Part shown: positions 1 to 8,062 of the stretch, one piece after another
Numbering within the stretch: position 1 is the stretch's first letter
Layout: the number at the start of each line of letters is the position of its first letter
Assembly: GCA_041659505.1 (NCBI GenBank)
Contig: JBAZYF010000001.1
Location: 101,475 to 165,474, forward strand
Reading direction: 5' to 3'
Length of the DNA: 64,000 bases
From: Parcubacteria group bacterium
Lineage (GTDB): Bacteria; Patescibacteriota; Minisyncoccia; Moranbacterales; UBA2206
Position numbers and translations under genes: made by a program
The notes under the pieces: model-generated
Told to the model about the DNA's origin: nothing
Database searches by the model: none
The model's input: the letters and a program-made list of their open reading frames with translations, nothing else

Positions 1-281
1 AAGGCTTTCTGGATATTCTCCGCACTTTCCAGATTAGTCAGCAAGATAATGGGTATTTTTTTAGTTTCCTCGTCGGCCTTTAACATATCCAAGACTTCAA
101 AGCCATCCTTTTTTGGCAGGATAATATCCAGCAAGATTAGGTCTAGATTTTTCGTTTTGGCCAATTTCACCGCCTCCTCGCCATCAAACACGTTCATAAC
201 TTCGAAACCTTCTTCAGTCAAGAATTCCAGCAAAGCCTTATTCAGAGTCGGCTCATCTTCCGCAACTAATATTTTCGTCAT
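1..281 (-). CDS. Response regulator, CheY-like receiver domain. The N-terminal part is in the window; the gene continues beyond the window start.
   Basis: Reverse translation from ATG at 279-281 reads MTKILVAEDEPTLNKALLEFLTEEGFEVMNVFDGEEAVKLAKTKNLDLILLDIILPKKDGFEVLDMLKADEETKKIPIILLTNLESAENIQKA... It has the acidic pocket, phospho-acceptor D and conserved K/T of REC domains. The + strand ORF 49..339 in the track is its antisense shadow. Confidence 0.75.
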   Translation of the reverse strand, partial: MTKILVAEDEPTLNKALLEFLTEEGFEVMNVFDGEEAVKLAKTKNLDLILLDIILPKKDGFEVLDMLKADEETKKIPIILLTNLESAENIQKA

Positions 282-361
282 ATTTTTTTATTCCTCCAGA
301 CCTCTCCTCTATAGAAAACAATCCGGACGAGAAAATTAATTAACTTTAAAAATTGTTAAAC

Positions 362-1336
362 TTATTCACTTTGGATACTTTTTTCTTGCTTGACTTTTCT
401 GCTTACCGGGATAGAAAAGCTAAAAATAGAACCAAGACCTTCTACTGAATCAAACCAAATTTCTCCCCCCAACTGACCAATTATGTTTTTAGAGATGTAC
501 AGACCCAACCCGGTCCCCTCTGTCTGATATTTGACAATGTTATCACTACGAAAAAATTTATCAAACACACGTCCGTGCTGCTCAAGCGGTATCCCGACGC
601 CATTATCTTTAATGCTGAAAATGACAAATTCTCCTTTCTTGAGAAGTTTTATCTCAATTTTTCCATGGTTAGTAGTATATTTAATTGCATTACCCAGAAG
701 ATTCTCCACTACCATTTGTAGTTTTTCCGGATCACCAAAAACCAATGGAACTTTTTTGGTATCACTAAAAATTACTTCGATAGATTTTTCCTTGGTTAAT
801 GGAGAGACGCCAGTAATCGCTCCTTTCGTAATTAATACAAGATTGGTAGGCATTCTTTTAATGATGAGCCTCCCTTGATCGATTCTTGCTACATCTAAAA
901 GATCATTGATTAATCTGGTCATCTTATTGCTGAGTGTATTGATATTTTCAATGCTTTCACGCTGCTTTCCGTCGATTTTTTCCTTGCGAAACTTGCACAA
1001 TAACAACTCTGTTTCCCAGCGGATAGCAGAAAGTGGGGTGCGTAACTGATGCGAAGCAACAGAAACAAATTCGCTTTTCATTTTATTTAGCTTTATCATT
1101 TGTTCCACCATAGTAATCACAACATTGCCCACAACCAAAACAACGATCACCACGAAACTTTCTGCCACAACTAAGAGCTCGGGACTATCATAATTCTTTG
1201 AAACATAGAAAGTCGCTGTCATTATTACTACAGCAACAACACCCATCATAATAAACAAAAACCCAGGGGTCTGCCAAAATTTTACCCCCAACTCACGCGC
1301 TTGTTTTTTTAAATTCAAATCATTGACGATCCACAT
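362..1336 (-). CDS. Sensor histidine kinase with an N-terminal TM region, a HisKA domain (H-box SHQLRTPL) and a HATPase_c domain (N box GNAIKYT, G1 DNGVGI, G2 GTGLGL).
   Basis: The 324 aa ORF carries canonical HK motifs. It lies immediately upstream of, and on the same strand as, the response regulator at 1-281, so it is probably a two-component operon. Confidence 0.85.
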   Translation of the reverse strand: MWIVNDLNLKKQARELGVKFWQTPGFLFIMMGVVAVVIMTATFYVSKNYDSPELLVVAESFVVIVVLVVGNVVITMVEQMIKLNKMKSEFVSVASHQLRTPLSAIRWETELLLCKFRKEKIDGKQRESIENINTLSNKMTRLINDLLDVARIDQGRLIIKRMPTNLVLITKGAITGVSPLTKEKSIEVIFSDTKKVPLVFGDPEKLQMVVENLLGNAIKYTTNHGKIEIKLLKKGEFVIFSIKDNGVGIPLEQHGRVFDKFFRSDNIVKYQTEGTGLGLYISKNIIGQLGGEIWFDSVEGLGSIFSFSIPVSRKVKQEKSIQSE

Positions 1337-1412
1337 ATATCTTTTGTTTTACTTCGCTCCGCCGTATCCGCCAGCTGGCGGAGAAGAAGAGCTATTTTTA
1401 TTTTGTAATTAA

Positions 1413-1421
1413 ATTATACCA
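1413..1421 (-). promoter_or_regulatory. Candidate extended -10 promoter (TGgTATAAT on the minus strand) for the HK-RR operon. A perfect 14 bp palindrome CCGCCAGCTGGCGG at 1368-1381 sits in the 5' leader.
   Basis: The reverse complement of 1413-1421 is TGGTATAAT. It lies ~77 nt upstream of the HK start at 1336. The palindrome is read directly from the sequence. Confidence 0.35.
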
Positions 1422-1508
1422 TAAAAAAATTAAAAAGTAGAGCACGCAACTAGAAAAGTTCTCCGATGCTAAACCTGCCGCATATAATCCAACCAGCAGA
1501 TCCCATTC

Positions 1509-3146
1509 TCACTCAACAGCAAGACCACTAGGAACACTGGGTGGAACCGTGTCCGCTCCTTGCAATTCATAGGCGCCGATATCATAGGCACCGCCTTGGG
1601 GACGGAGGAATGGTGAAGTGAATCCGGCACTGTTGATGGAAAGATTATAGGGACTGCCGAGGGTGGCGCCGGTGTTGATGGTGGGGCCTGATATGGTGGC
1701 GAAATAGTTTGTATTAGGAAGCATATTGGTGCCGTAGGTTCCATTAAAGCCGGTGGGAAGGGTGCCTCCGGTAAAGTTGGGGTCGGTGGTTTGGGCGGAT
1801 GCTTCCCAGGTGAGGACGCCGGCGCGATTATAACTCGTTCCACTACTGATGTGCGTGTCCGATAAACCAGAAGATCGATACACTAAATTGTTCGAGTGTG
1901 TCATAACATTATACTGATCGATAACCGGAATAAGATCATCGCCATAAACAATATTGTTCCGGAAATTGACTTCTGGTTCTCCGGTGTTTACACCAAAAAA
2001 TCCAATTGCGACAACGGCCTTAAAGTTTGTATTTTCATTCCCGGTTGAATAAATTGTATTATTATAGACATTAAAAACACTGCCCGTGTAATCATACCCG
2101 CCAGCAAGAGCAAACTCTGCTCCGTTTCCATTAGCATTCGTGATGCCATTATTGTAGATCAAGTTATTATAAAATGAAGCTGTTTCTGACAGACCTTGGA
2201 CATTAGTAATTGCAACGCCGTATAAAACATTTCCGCTGATAAGATTATTTCTAGCGATAAAATTATTCGGCGCCCCATTTTCCCCTTCCGGAGAAGTTCT
2301 GACAACTATTCCATAACCATTATTATTGATAAGCGTCGAGTATTCAACAGTAACATTGTCAACGTCATTGGCCATTTCCAGTCCACAGCCAGCTCCCAAT
2401 GCAGAACCGTTGTCCCGAGATACGCAATTCCTGATAAGCACACCGTCTATCTTGTTGCCGGGATAACCCCACGGAGCATACATGGCGATTCCTTCATGAT
2501 TGTTATTATGAAAGCTGGAGTTGAGAATTGATAAGTTGCTAGTAACTATGCCGGGGTTAGCCGTAGATATGACGTTTATGCCATAACCCCAATGTCCAGT
2601 GACGTTTGAATCTCCCGTATCCATAATATCGTGTACATCCACATTGTCGATCATGATGTTGGTTATATTCTCTGTGGCACTATTTCCAATCAAAATTCCT
2701 GAATTCCAATAATCATTCCCGTCCAGTTCAAATCCTCTGAATATCGTATTGCTAGTCGAGAGATCAACCATGCCATATGCGCCATTCGAATGATCTCCAA
2801 TGGCCTCAAATTTGGCTCTGGTTCCACTACCATAAGTTTCACCGTCATAGGTCACATTAGCTATGCCTATAGCTAAGACTCGTGATCCAGTTGGAGCAGC
2901 CCAGATATCTTGCGATCGGAAATAGACCGTGTCTCCATTGGCTAAAGTTACTGCTCCTGACCAGTTCGGCATTCCAGGGCAATGCGCCCAAGCATTTGCA
3001 TCATCTAGTCCAGAGAGAGCATCATTACCTCCGTTTTTGACATAGTAGGTGGCGGCACTAGCTTTAGCACTCATGCCAAAAATTGCAATAAACAAAATTG
3101 CTAGGAAAAAGATTTTTATTTTTGGATTTTTGATTTTGAGATTCAT
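1509..3146 (-). CDS. Secreted right-handed parallel beta-helix protein, array paralog P1 (545 aa), DUF1565-like.
   Basis: Signal peptide MNLKIKNPKIKIFFLAILFIAIFGMSAKASA followed by ATYYVKNGGND. The middle is Asn-rich and beta-helix-like (NN, YNN, FRNN motifs). The conserved C-terminal module is ...TWEASAQTTDPNFTGGTLPTGFNGTYG...GAYDIGAYELQGADTVPPSVPSGLAVE-stop. Confidence 0.85.
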   Translation of the reverse strand: MNLKIKNPKIKIFFLAILFIAIFGMSAKASAATYYVKNGGNDALSGLDDANAWAHCPGMPNWSGAVTLANGDTVYFRSQDIWAAPTGSRVLAIGIANVTYDGETYGSGTRAKFEAIGDHSNGAYGMVDLSTSNTIFRGFELDGNDYWNSGILIGNSATENITNIMIDNVDVHDIMDTGDSNVTGHWGYGINVISTANPGIVTSNLSILNSSFHNNNHEGIAMYAPWGYPGNKIDGVLIRNCVSRDNGSALGAGCGLEMANDVDNVTVEYSTLINNNGYGIVVRTSPEGENGAPNNFIARNNLISGNVLYGVAITNVQGLSETASFYNNLIYNNGITNANGNGAEFALAGGYDYTGSVFNVYNNTIYSTGNENTNFKAVVAIGFFGVNTGEPEVNFRNNIVYGDDLIPVIDQYNVMTHSNNLVYRSSGLSDTHISSGTSYNRAGVLTWEASAQTTDPNFTGGTLPTGFNGTYGTNMLPNTNYFATISGPTINTGATLGSPYNLSINSAGFTSPFLRPQGGAYDIGAYELQGADTVPPSVPSGLAVE

Positions 3147-3159
3147 TAGAAATTTTAAA

Positions 3160-4911
3160 TTATTCCACCGCTAGTCCGCTTGGCATATTCGGTGGAATCG
3201 CGTCAGATCCATGATATTCATAAGCACCAATGCTTGGAGGATTATTTATGGATTGTCCTAAATAATCCGTTGCCAGTCCCACATCGATTCCTGTCCATTT
3301 TGCGGGGGATGGAGCCGTTAGATTATAATCACCACCAGAAAAATTAAATAATAGAGGGTCAGAAACAGAACTATTAGCATCATACCCCAATGTGTTCCAT
3401 TGTAAAAATGTTTTACTTCCCCCATCATCTTCGATGGCCCATTCAGATGTGCCCCTATTAACATTGCTGGCCGGAAAGTACAAATTATAATTAATCACCG
3501 AGTTACTAACTGACCCTAAATACACAAGCCAATTTAAATTAGGGAGATTGTCGCTAACTACGATATTATTTTCAATGATATAGCTATCTAATTGGCCTAT
3601 TGAATATATGCCTATCCGACTGTCTGTTATGATCGTGTTATTATATATATAATTTTCTCCTCCTGGCGTAGCAATGGGAAAAATACTTAGATTACTAGTC
3701 CAACCATCAGAATTGCCGCCGTACAAAATATTGTAGTAAATTTTGTTATTATAAAAGGACGAGGCAAGTTGTTCAGGTGCTAATTGAATGGTATTTTGCA
3801 AAGTGTTGATATAATTTCTATAGATATTATTATTCGACCCATCGTGACAGGAACCGACATAATGAACAAATCCCCGGCACATCCCAGTAATATTATTTTC
3901 ATATACACTTGAGTTGTTTAAAGCTTGCGTCCCGATGCCTTCCGTATCTGTCCCACCTGACCAGCCCCAATATGTATAGGCGAAATCAATGTCATAATCA
4001 TTTCCGTATGTTCTCCAGATATAGGGGGTATTTTTGGCCTGAGAGCAATGAGTTATCGCATTAGATGCGATAGTTGCTCCCATAAAAGCACCCGCGTCAC
4101 CTTGAGTAGCAGTGTTAGCAGTTCCAAGCTCTATGCTATTTTGGACATAGCTAAAATTATTATCCGTGATACTAATTCCCGTGGATATGGCATTGTTGGT
4201 AAAAATCTGTACGCCTTGTATGATATCATCGAAATCAGAATTAGTAACTAGGATGTAATCATTATGAGAACCAGCAATGTTGGCAGTATAGACGCCATTG
4301 CCATATCTTCTAAAAGACAATCCATCAATAGTTATATAGCTATGAGAACCTAAGTTTATACCATACAAACGAGTATACTGAATAATGTGATCAGCCGGTA
4401 TCCCACTGGTTGGTTTATAGTAATTTTTCCATCCGCTTTCCCAGTATACATTTCCATAATTACATTCTGTGTCTCTGCCATATCTTAGTGGCACATCATC
4501 CTCATAGATTGCATTATTAGTCACCGCCGTTGTGCTATATACTCCAGCCACCGGATCATTGGCAGTCCACTCGGTAATTGTGACACTCCCATCCAGAATA
4601 GCCTTGCCTGTCCCATAAGAATTAATAATGATAGGATTCCCCTCTGTGCCAGAAGCGCCAACAGTAACTGTTCCATAATATGTCGTCCCACCTTTCTGCG
4701 AATAAGTATTGCCCGCCACCCACGATACTTCCGCCCAAGTTTTAAAAGGGCCACTAGCTCCGCAAGTTATAGTTGTACCATTGCCACTGCTTCCACAAGT
4801 TGGATCGATGTAGACCGTGGCAGCACTAGCCTTAGCACCAAAGCTAAAAAGGCCACAAAATATTAATAGACTTAGAAAAATTAATTTAGAATTTAGTAAT
4901 TTAGACTTCAT
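3160..4911 (-). CDS. Secreted beta-helix protein, array paralog P2 (583 aa), divergent subfamily.
   Basis: It has the same signal peptide style (…FGAKASA then ATVYIDPTCGSSGNGTT…PFKTWAEV). The cap and middle are different. It shares only the GAYEYHG motif and the terminal tail IPPNMPSGLAVE with the others. Confidence 0.8.
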   Translation of the reverse strand: MKSKLLNSKLIFLSLLIFCGLFSFGAKASAATVYIDPTCGSSGNGTTITCGASGPFKTWAEVSWVAGNTYSQKGGTTYYGTVTVGASGTEGNPIIINSYGTGKAILDGSVTITEWTANDPVAGVYSTTAVTNNAIYEDDVPLRYGRDTECNYGNVYWESGWKNYYKPTSGIPADHIIQYTRLYGINLGSHSYITIDGLSFRRYGNGVYTANIAGSHNDYILVTNSDFDDIIQGVQIFTNNAISTGISITDNNFSYVQNSIELGTANTATQGDAGAFMGATIASNAITHCSQAKNTPYIWRTYGNDYDIDFAYTYWGWSGGTDTEGIGTQALNNSSVYENNITGMCRGFVHYVGSCHDGSNNNIYRNYINTLQNTIQLAPEQLASSFYNNKIYYNILYGGNSDGWTSNLSIFPIATPGGENYIYNNTIITDSRIGIYSIGQLDSYIIENNIVVSDNLPNLNWLVYLGSVSNSVINYNLYFPASNVNRGTSEWAIEDDGGSKTFLQWNTLGYDANSSVSDPLLFNFSGGDYNLTAPSPAKWTGIDVGLATDYLGQSINNPPSIGAYEYHGSDAIPPNMPSGLAVE

Positions 4912-4938
4912 TTTAAATTTAGAATTTAGACTTTAAAA

Positions 4939-6438
4939 TTATTCTACTGCTAGTCCTGATGGAACTGTTGGTGGAGTTGTATCTGTTCCTTGGTATTCAT
5001 AGGCGCCGATGTCATAAGCTCCGACTGGACGTAAGAATGGTGAAGAGAGTCCGGCGCTGTTGATGGAAAGATTATAGGGACTGCCGAGGGTGGCGCCGGT
5101 GTTGATGGTGGGGCCTGATGTGGTGGCGAAATAGTTTGTATTAGGAAGCATATTGGTGCCGTAGGTTCCATTAAAGCCGGTGGGAAGGGTGCCTCCGGTA
5201 AAGTTGGGGTCGGTGGTTTGGGCGGTGGGTTCCCAGGTGAGGACATCGGATCGGTTATAATTTATATTTGTCACAACATGATCGGCAATATCACTTGAAG
5301 ATCTAAAAATTAGATTATTGGAATGAGTAAGTAGACCCAGATAATCATAAACTGCTTGATAGTTGTCAGAGCATGCAATATTATTCTTGAAATTTATTAT
5401 GGGAGTACCAATGGCCCAACGCAGATTAATAGCACTATAGACATCTGCAAAGAGTGTATTATTATAAAAATTCAAAACTGTTCCCGTTAGATCACCACCC
5501 AGATAAATTTCGTTTGAACCATTACTGTAAATAAGATTATTGTTAATACCACCAGTAACAGCCACACCAGCACTATCAACATCATACACGGTTATGCCAT
5601 GATCGCCATTATTATATATAATATTATATTTTATATCTAAACCGGTAGGGCTTCCATTTTCGCCAATAATAGATATCCCATTTGAGGCTGAATTGTAAAA
5701 AGATGAAAACTCTACTATAACATTTCTCGCGTCATTTTTAATCGCCAACCCAGATCCCCACGTTGATCCATCTTGCCCAGAGTCATGGCCCGAACAATTA
5801 CGTAATATTATATTGCTTTCAATGCCGCTTCCTCCACTATATACAACAAACGCCTCGTGTCCAGTATTATATACATTCGTATTAGATATTAAAACATCGC
5901 TAACGGCCGTACTAGGCTGTGCCGACACTCTGACACCATAAACATAATTACCCTCTGGGCAAATATTATCATGCACCTGACAATCATCAATTATTATATT
6001 TGATTTGTCAGCACCATAAATAGTAATACCATCAGTAATTTGGCTGTTCATATCGACATTAAAACTCCTAACCGTAACATTACTCTGCCCGATAAAAATC
6101 ACATAAGCTAGATTGCCAGTGGCTTTAAATGTAGCCCTCGTCCCGCTTCCATATATAGATCCATCATAAATTACACCTGCAGTAGCTACTAAAACAGGCG
6201 TCGTTGCGCTTGTCCACACATCTTGGCTACGAAAATATACAGTATCCCCGCTCGTCACTGTTGCCTCCACTTTGTCAATCGTCTCCCAAGCATTAGCATC
6301 ATCCAACCCGGAAAGAGAATCATTGCCTCCGTTTTTGACATAATAGGTGGCGGCGCTGGCTTTGGCACTCACGCCGAAAATTGCTAAAAATAAAATTGTT
6401 AGGAAAAAGATTTTTAGTTTTAAGTTTTGGTTTGGCAT
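4939..6438 (-). CDS. Secreted beta-helix protein, array paralog P3 (499 aa).
   Basis: N-terminus MPNQNLKLKIFFLTILFLAIFGVSAKASA then ATYYVKNGGNDSLSGLDDANAWETI. The C-terminal module is near-identical to P1 at the nucleotide level (about 170 nt). Confidence 0.85.
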   Translation of the reverse strand: MPNQNLKLKIFFLTILFLAIFGVSAKASAATYYVKNGGNDSLSGLDDANAWETIDKVEATVTSGDTVYFRSQDVWTSATTPVLVATAGVIYDGSIYGSGTRATFKATGNLAYVIFIGQSNVTVRSFNVDMNSQITDGITIYGADKSNIIIDDCQVHDNICPEGNYVYGVRVSAQPSTAVSDVLISNTNVYNTGHEAFVVYSGGSGIESNIILRNCSGHDSGQDGSTWGSGLAIKNDARNVIVEFSSFYNSASNGISIIGENGSPTGLDIKYNIIYNNGDHGITVYDVDSAGVAVTGGINNNLIYSNGSNEIYLGGDLTGTVLNFYNNTLFADVYSAINLRWAIGTPIINFKNNIACSDNYQAVYDYLGLLTHSNNLIFRSSSDIADHVVTNINYNRSDVLTWEPTAQTTDPNFTGGTLPTGFNGTYGTNMLPNTNYFATTSGPTINTGATLGSPYNLSINSAGLSSPFLRPVGAYDIGAYEYQGTDTTPPTVPSGLAVE

Positions 6439-6441
6439 TTT

Positions 6442-8046
6442 TTAATCTACACTTAGTCCACTCGGCGCATTCGGCGCAGTTATATCCGCTCCTTGATATT
6501 CATAAGCCCCAATATCATAAGCTCCAGCTAATCTAGCAATTGGATTGTCAGTACCGGCCGTGTTGATGTTGCCGTCATAGGGACTGCCAAGTGTGGCACC
6601 GTTGTTGATGGTGGGGCCGGATGTGGTGGCGAAATAATTGGTGTTGGGAAGCATGTCTGTGCCGTAGATGCCAGTGAAACCGGTAGGAAGCGTGCCGCCG
6701 TTAAATTGCGGGTCGGTGTTTTGGGCGGTGGGTTCCCAGGTATTGACCGCAGTTGAGGTATAGTCGGTAGTTTCCGTTTTAACTAACGTTCGACCAAGAG
6801 TTGTGGAATAAAATAAATTATTAGAATGATTCACAACTGGCGCTCCATCGATGAAAAGCTCTGTAAAATTACCGGCATACAAGATATTATTCTTAAAATT
6901 TACTTCTGCACCTTCTAGATTAGCCCACAAGCCTAAATTAACAAGACGAGCTGAATTCGTACAGGCCTTAGTCAGGGAATAAAAAGTATTATTGTAAATA
7001 TCAAAGACAGTGCCAGCCCCAAAAGCATCATCCGTGGCATTGCTACTTATGACAGAAAACTCAGCACAGTCCCCAATGCTCGGTTGACCATTTTCGTAAA
7101 GTAAGTTTCCATAGAAAGCACCTGACATAGTAAGTGCAGATGGGCTATATATGCGGATACCCGTATCAGCATTATTGTATATAACATTATATCTAACAAT
7201 CATGTTTATCGGGGCGGAAAAAACATTTTCCCCGCCTTCATAATCAGGCGAGGTTCTTACCAAAATTCCATCATGAATATTATCATACGCCCTGTTATAT
7301 TCGAGCGTAACATTTTTTGAATCATTAACGATAGAGAAACCTTCTAAATTATTGTGCGATATGCAATTTCTTACTAAAACAGTTTCGTTTTGGTTACCTG
7401 GCGTATTCCAACTAGCATAAACATCTATCCCGGTAGCATAGAGACAATCATATGTTTCAGTGTTTAATATTTGCACATTACTAGTTTTATGTCCTCCACT
7501 ATTGGAGACGATAATTCCATATCTGCCTGTATTGTGCACCGTACAATTATCAACGGTAATACCTGAGATGTCTTTGTCAGCAACATAGCCTATCCCGATA
7601 CCATCAAGCGAAGTTTGATCATTAGAATCTATATCAAACCCTCTAAAAATAATGTTACTTTCATTTAGGTCGGCAGTACTCCAATTGTTATACGAAGAGA
7701 CAGCATTTGATTTAAATTTAGCTCTTGTTCCTAATCCATAAGTAGCTCCGTCATAAATAACACCGCTAGTAGCATGCAACACGACTCCGGAAGTAATACT
7801 GGATTCCCACACATCTTGCGAACGAAAATAAACCATATCCCCGCTGGTCACTGTCGCCTCTACTTTAGCAATCGTCTCCCAAGCATTCGCATCATCCAAT
7901 CCCGAAAGACTATCATTGCCTCCGTTTTTGACGTAATAGGTGGCGGCACTGGCACTTGTACTCAAAACGAAAATCCCACTAAAGATAATTAGGCCAAAAA
8001 GGATTAAATTAAAATTTAGGAATCTAGTTTTCATTTCAAAATTCAA
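6442..8046 (-). CDS. Secreted beta-helix protein, array paralog P4 (534 aa).
   Basis: Same conserved cap. The C-terminal variant is ...DGNINTAGTDNPIARLAGAYDIGAYEYQGADITAPNAPSGLSVD, shared with P5. It is only 3 nt from the P3 start. Confidence 0.85.
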   Translation of the reverse strand: MNFEMKTRFLNFNLILFGLIIFSGIFVLSTSASAATYYVKNGGNDSLSGLDDANAWETIAKVEATVTSGDMVYFRSQDVWESSITSGVVLHATSGVIYDGATYGLGTRAKFKSNAVSSYNNWSTADLNESNIIFRGFDIDSNDQTSLDGIGIGYVADKDISGITVDNCTVHNTGRYGIIVSNSGGHKTSNVQILNTETYDCLYATGIDVYASWNTPGNQNETVLVRNCISHNNLEGFSIVNDSKNVTLEYNRAYDNIHDGILVRTSPDYEGGENVFSAPINMIVRYNVIYNNADTGIRIYSPSALTMSGAFYGNLLYENGQPSIGDCAEFSVISSNATDDAFGAGTVFDIYNNTFYSLTKACTNSARLVNLGLWANLEGAEVNFKNNILYAGNFTELFIDGAPVVNHSNNLFYSTTLGRTLVKTETTDYTSTAVNTWEPTAQNTDPQFNGGTLPTGFTGIYGTDMLPNTNYFATTSGPTINNGATLGSPYDGNINTAGTDNPIARLAGAYDIGAYEYQGADITAPNAPSGLSVD

Positions 8047-8062
8047 ATTAAAAAATTTTAAA

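Noticed and set aside
1469-1843. Proline-rich ORFs (PPKPPTPTLPEAPFPPALMEPTAPICFLIQTISPP...) recurring at 1469-1843, 4950-5246, 10053-10259, 11241-11435, 14231-14416 and 14477-14677.
   Set aside because: They are alternative-frame translations of the conserved G/T-rich 5' and 3' blocks of the beta-helix genes. They recur only because the underlying DNA block recurs. They are not independent genes.
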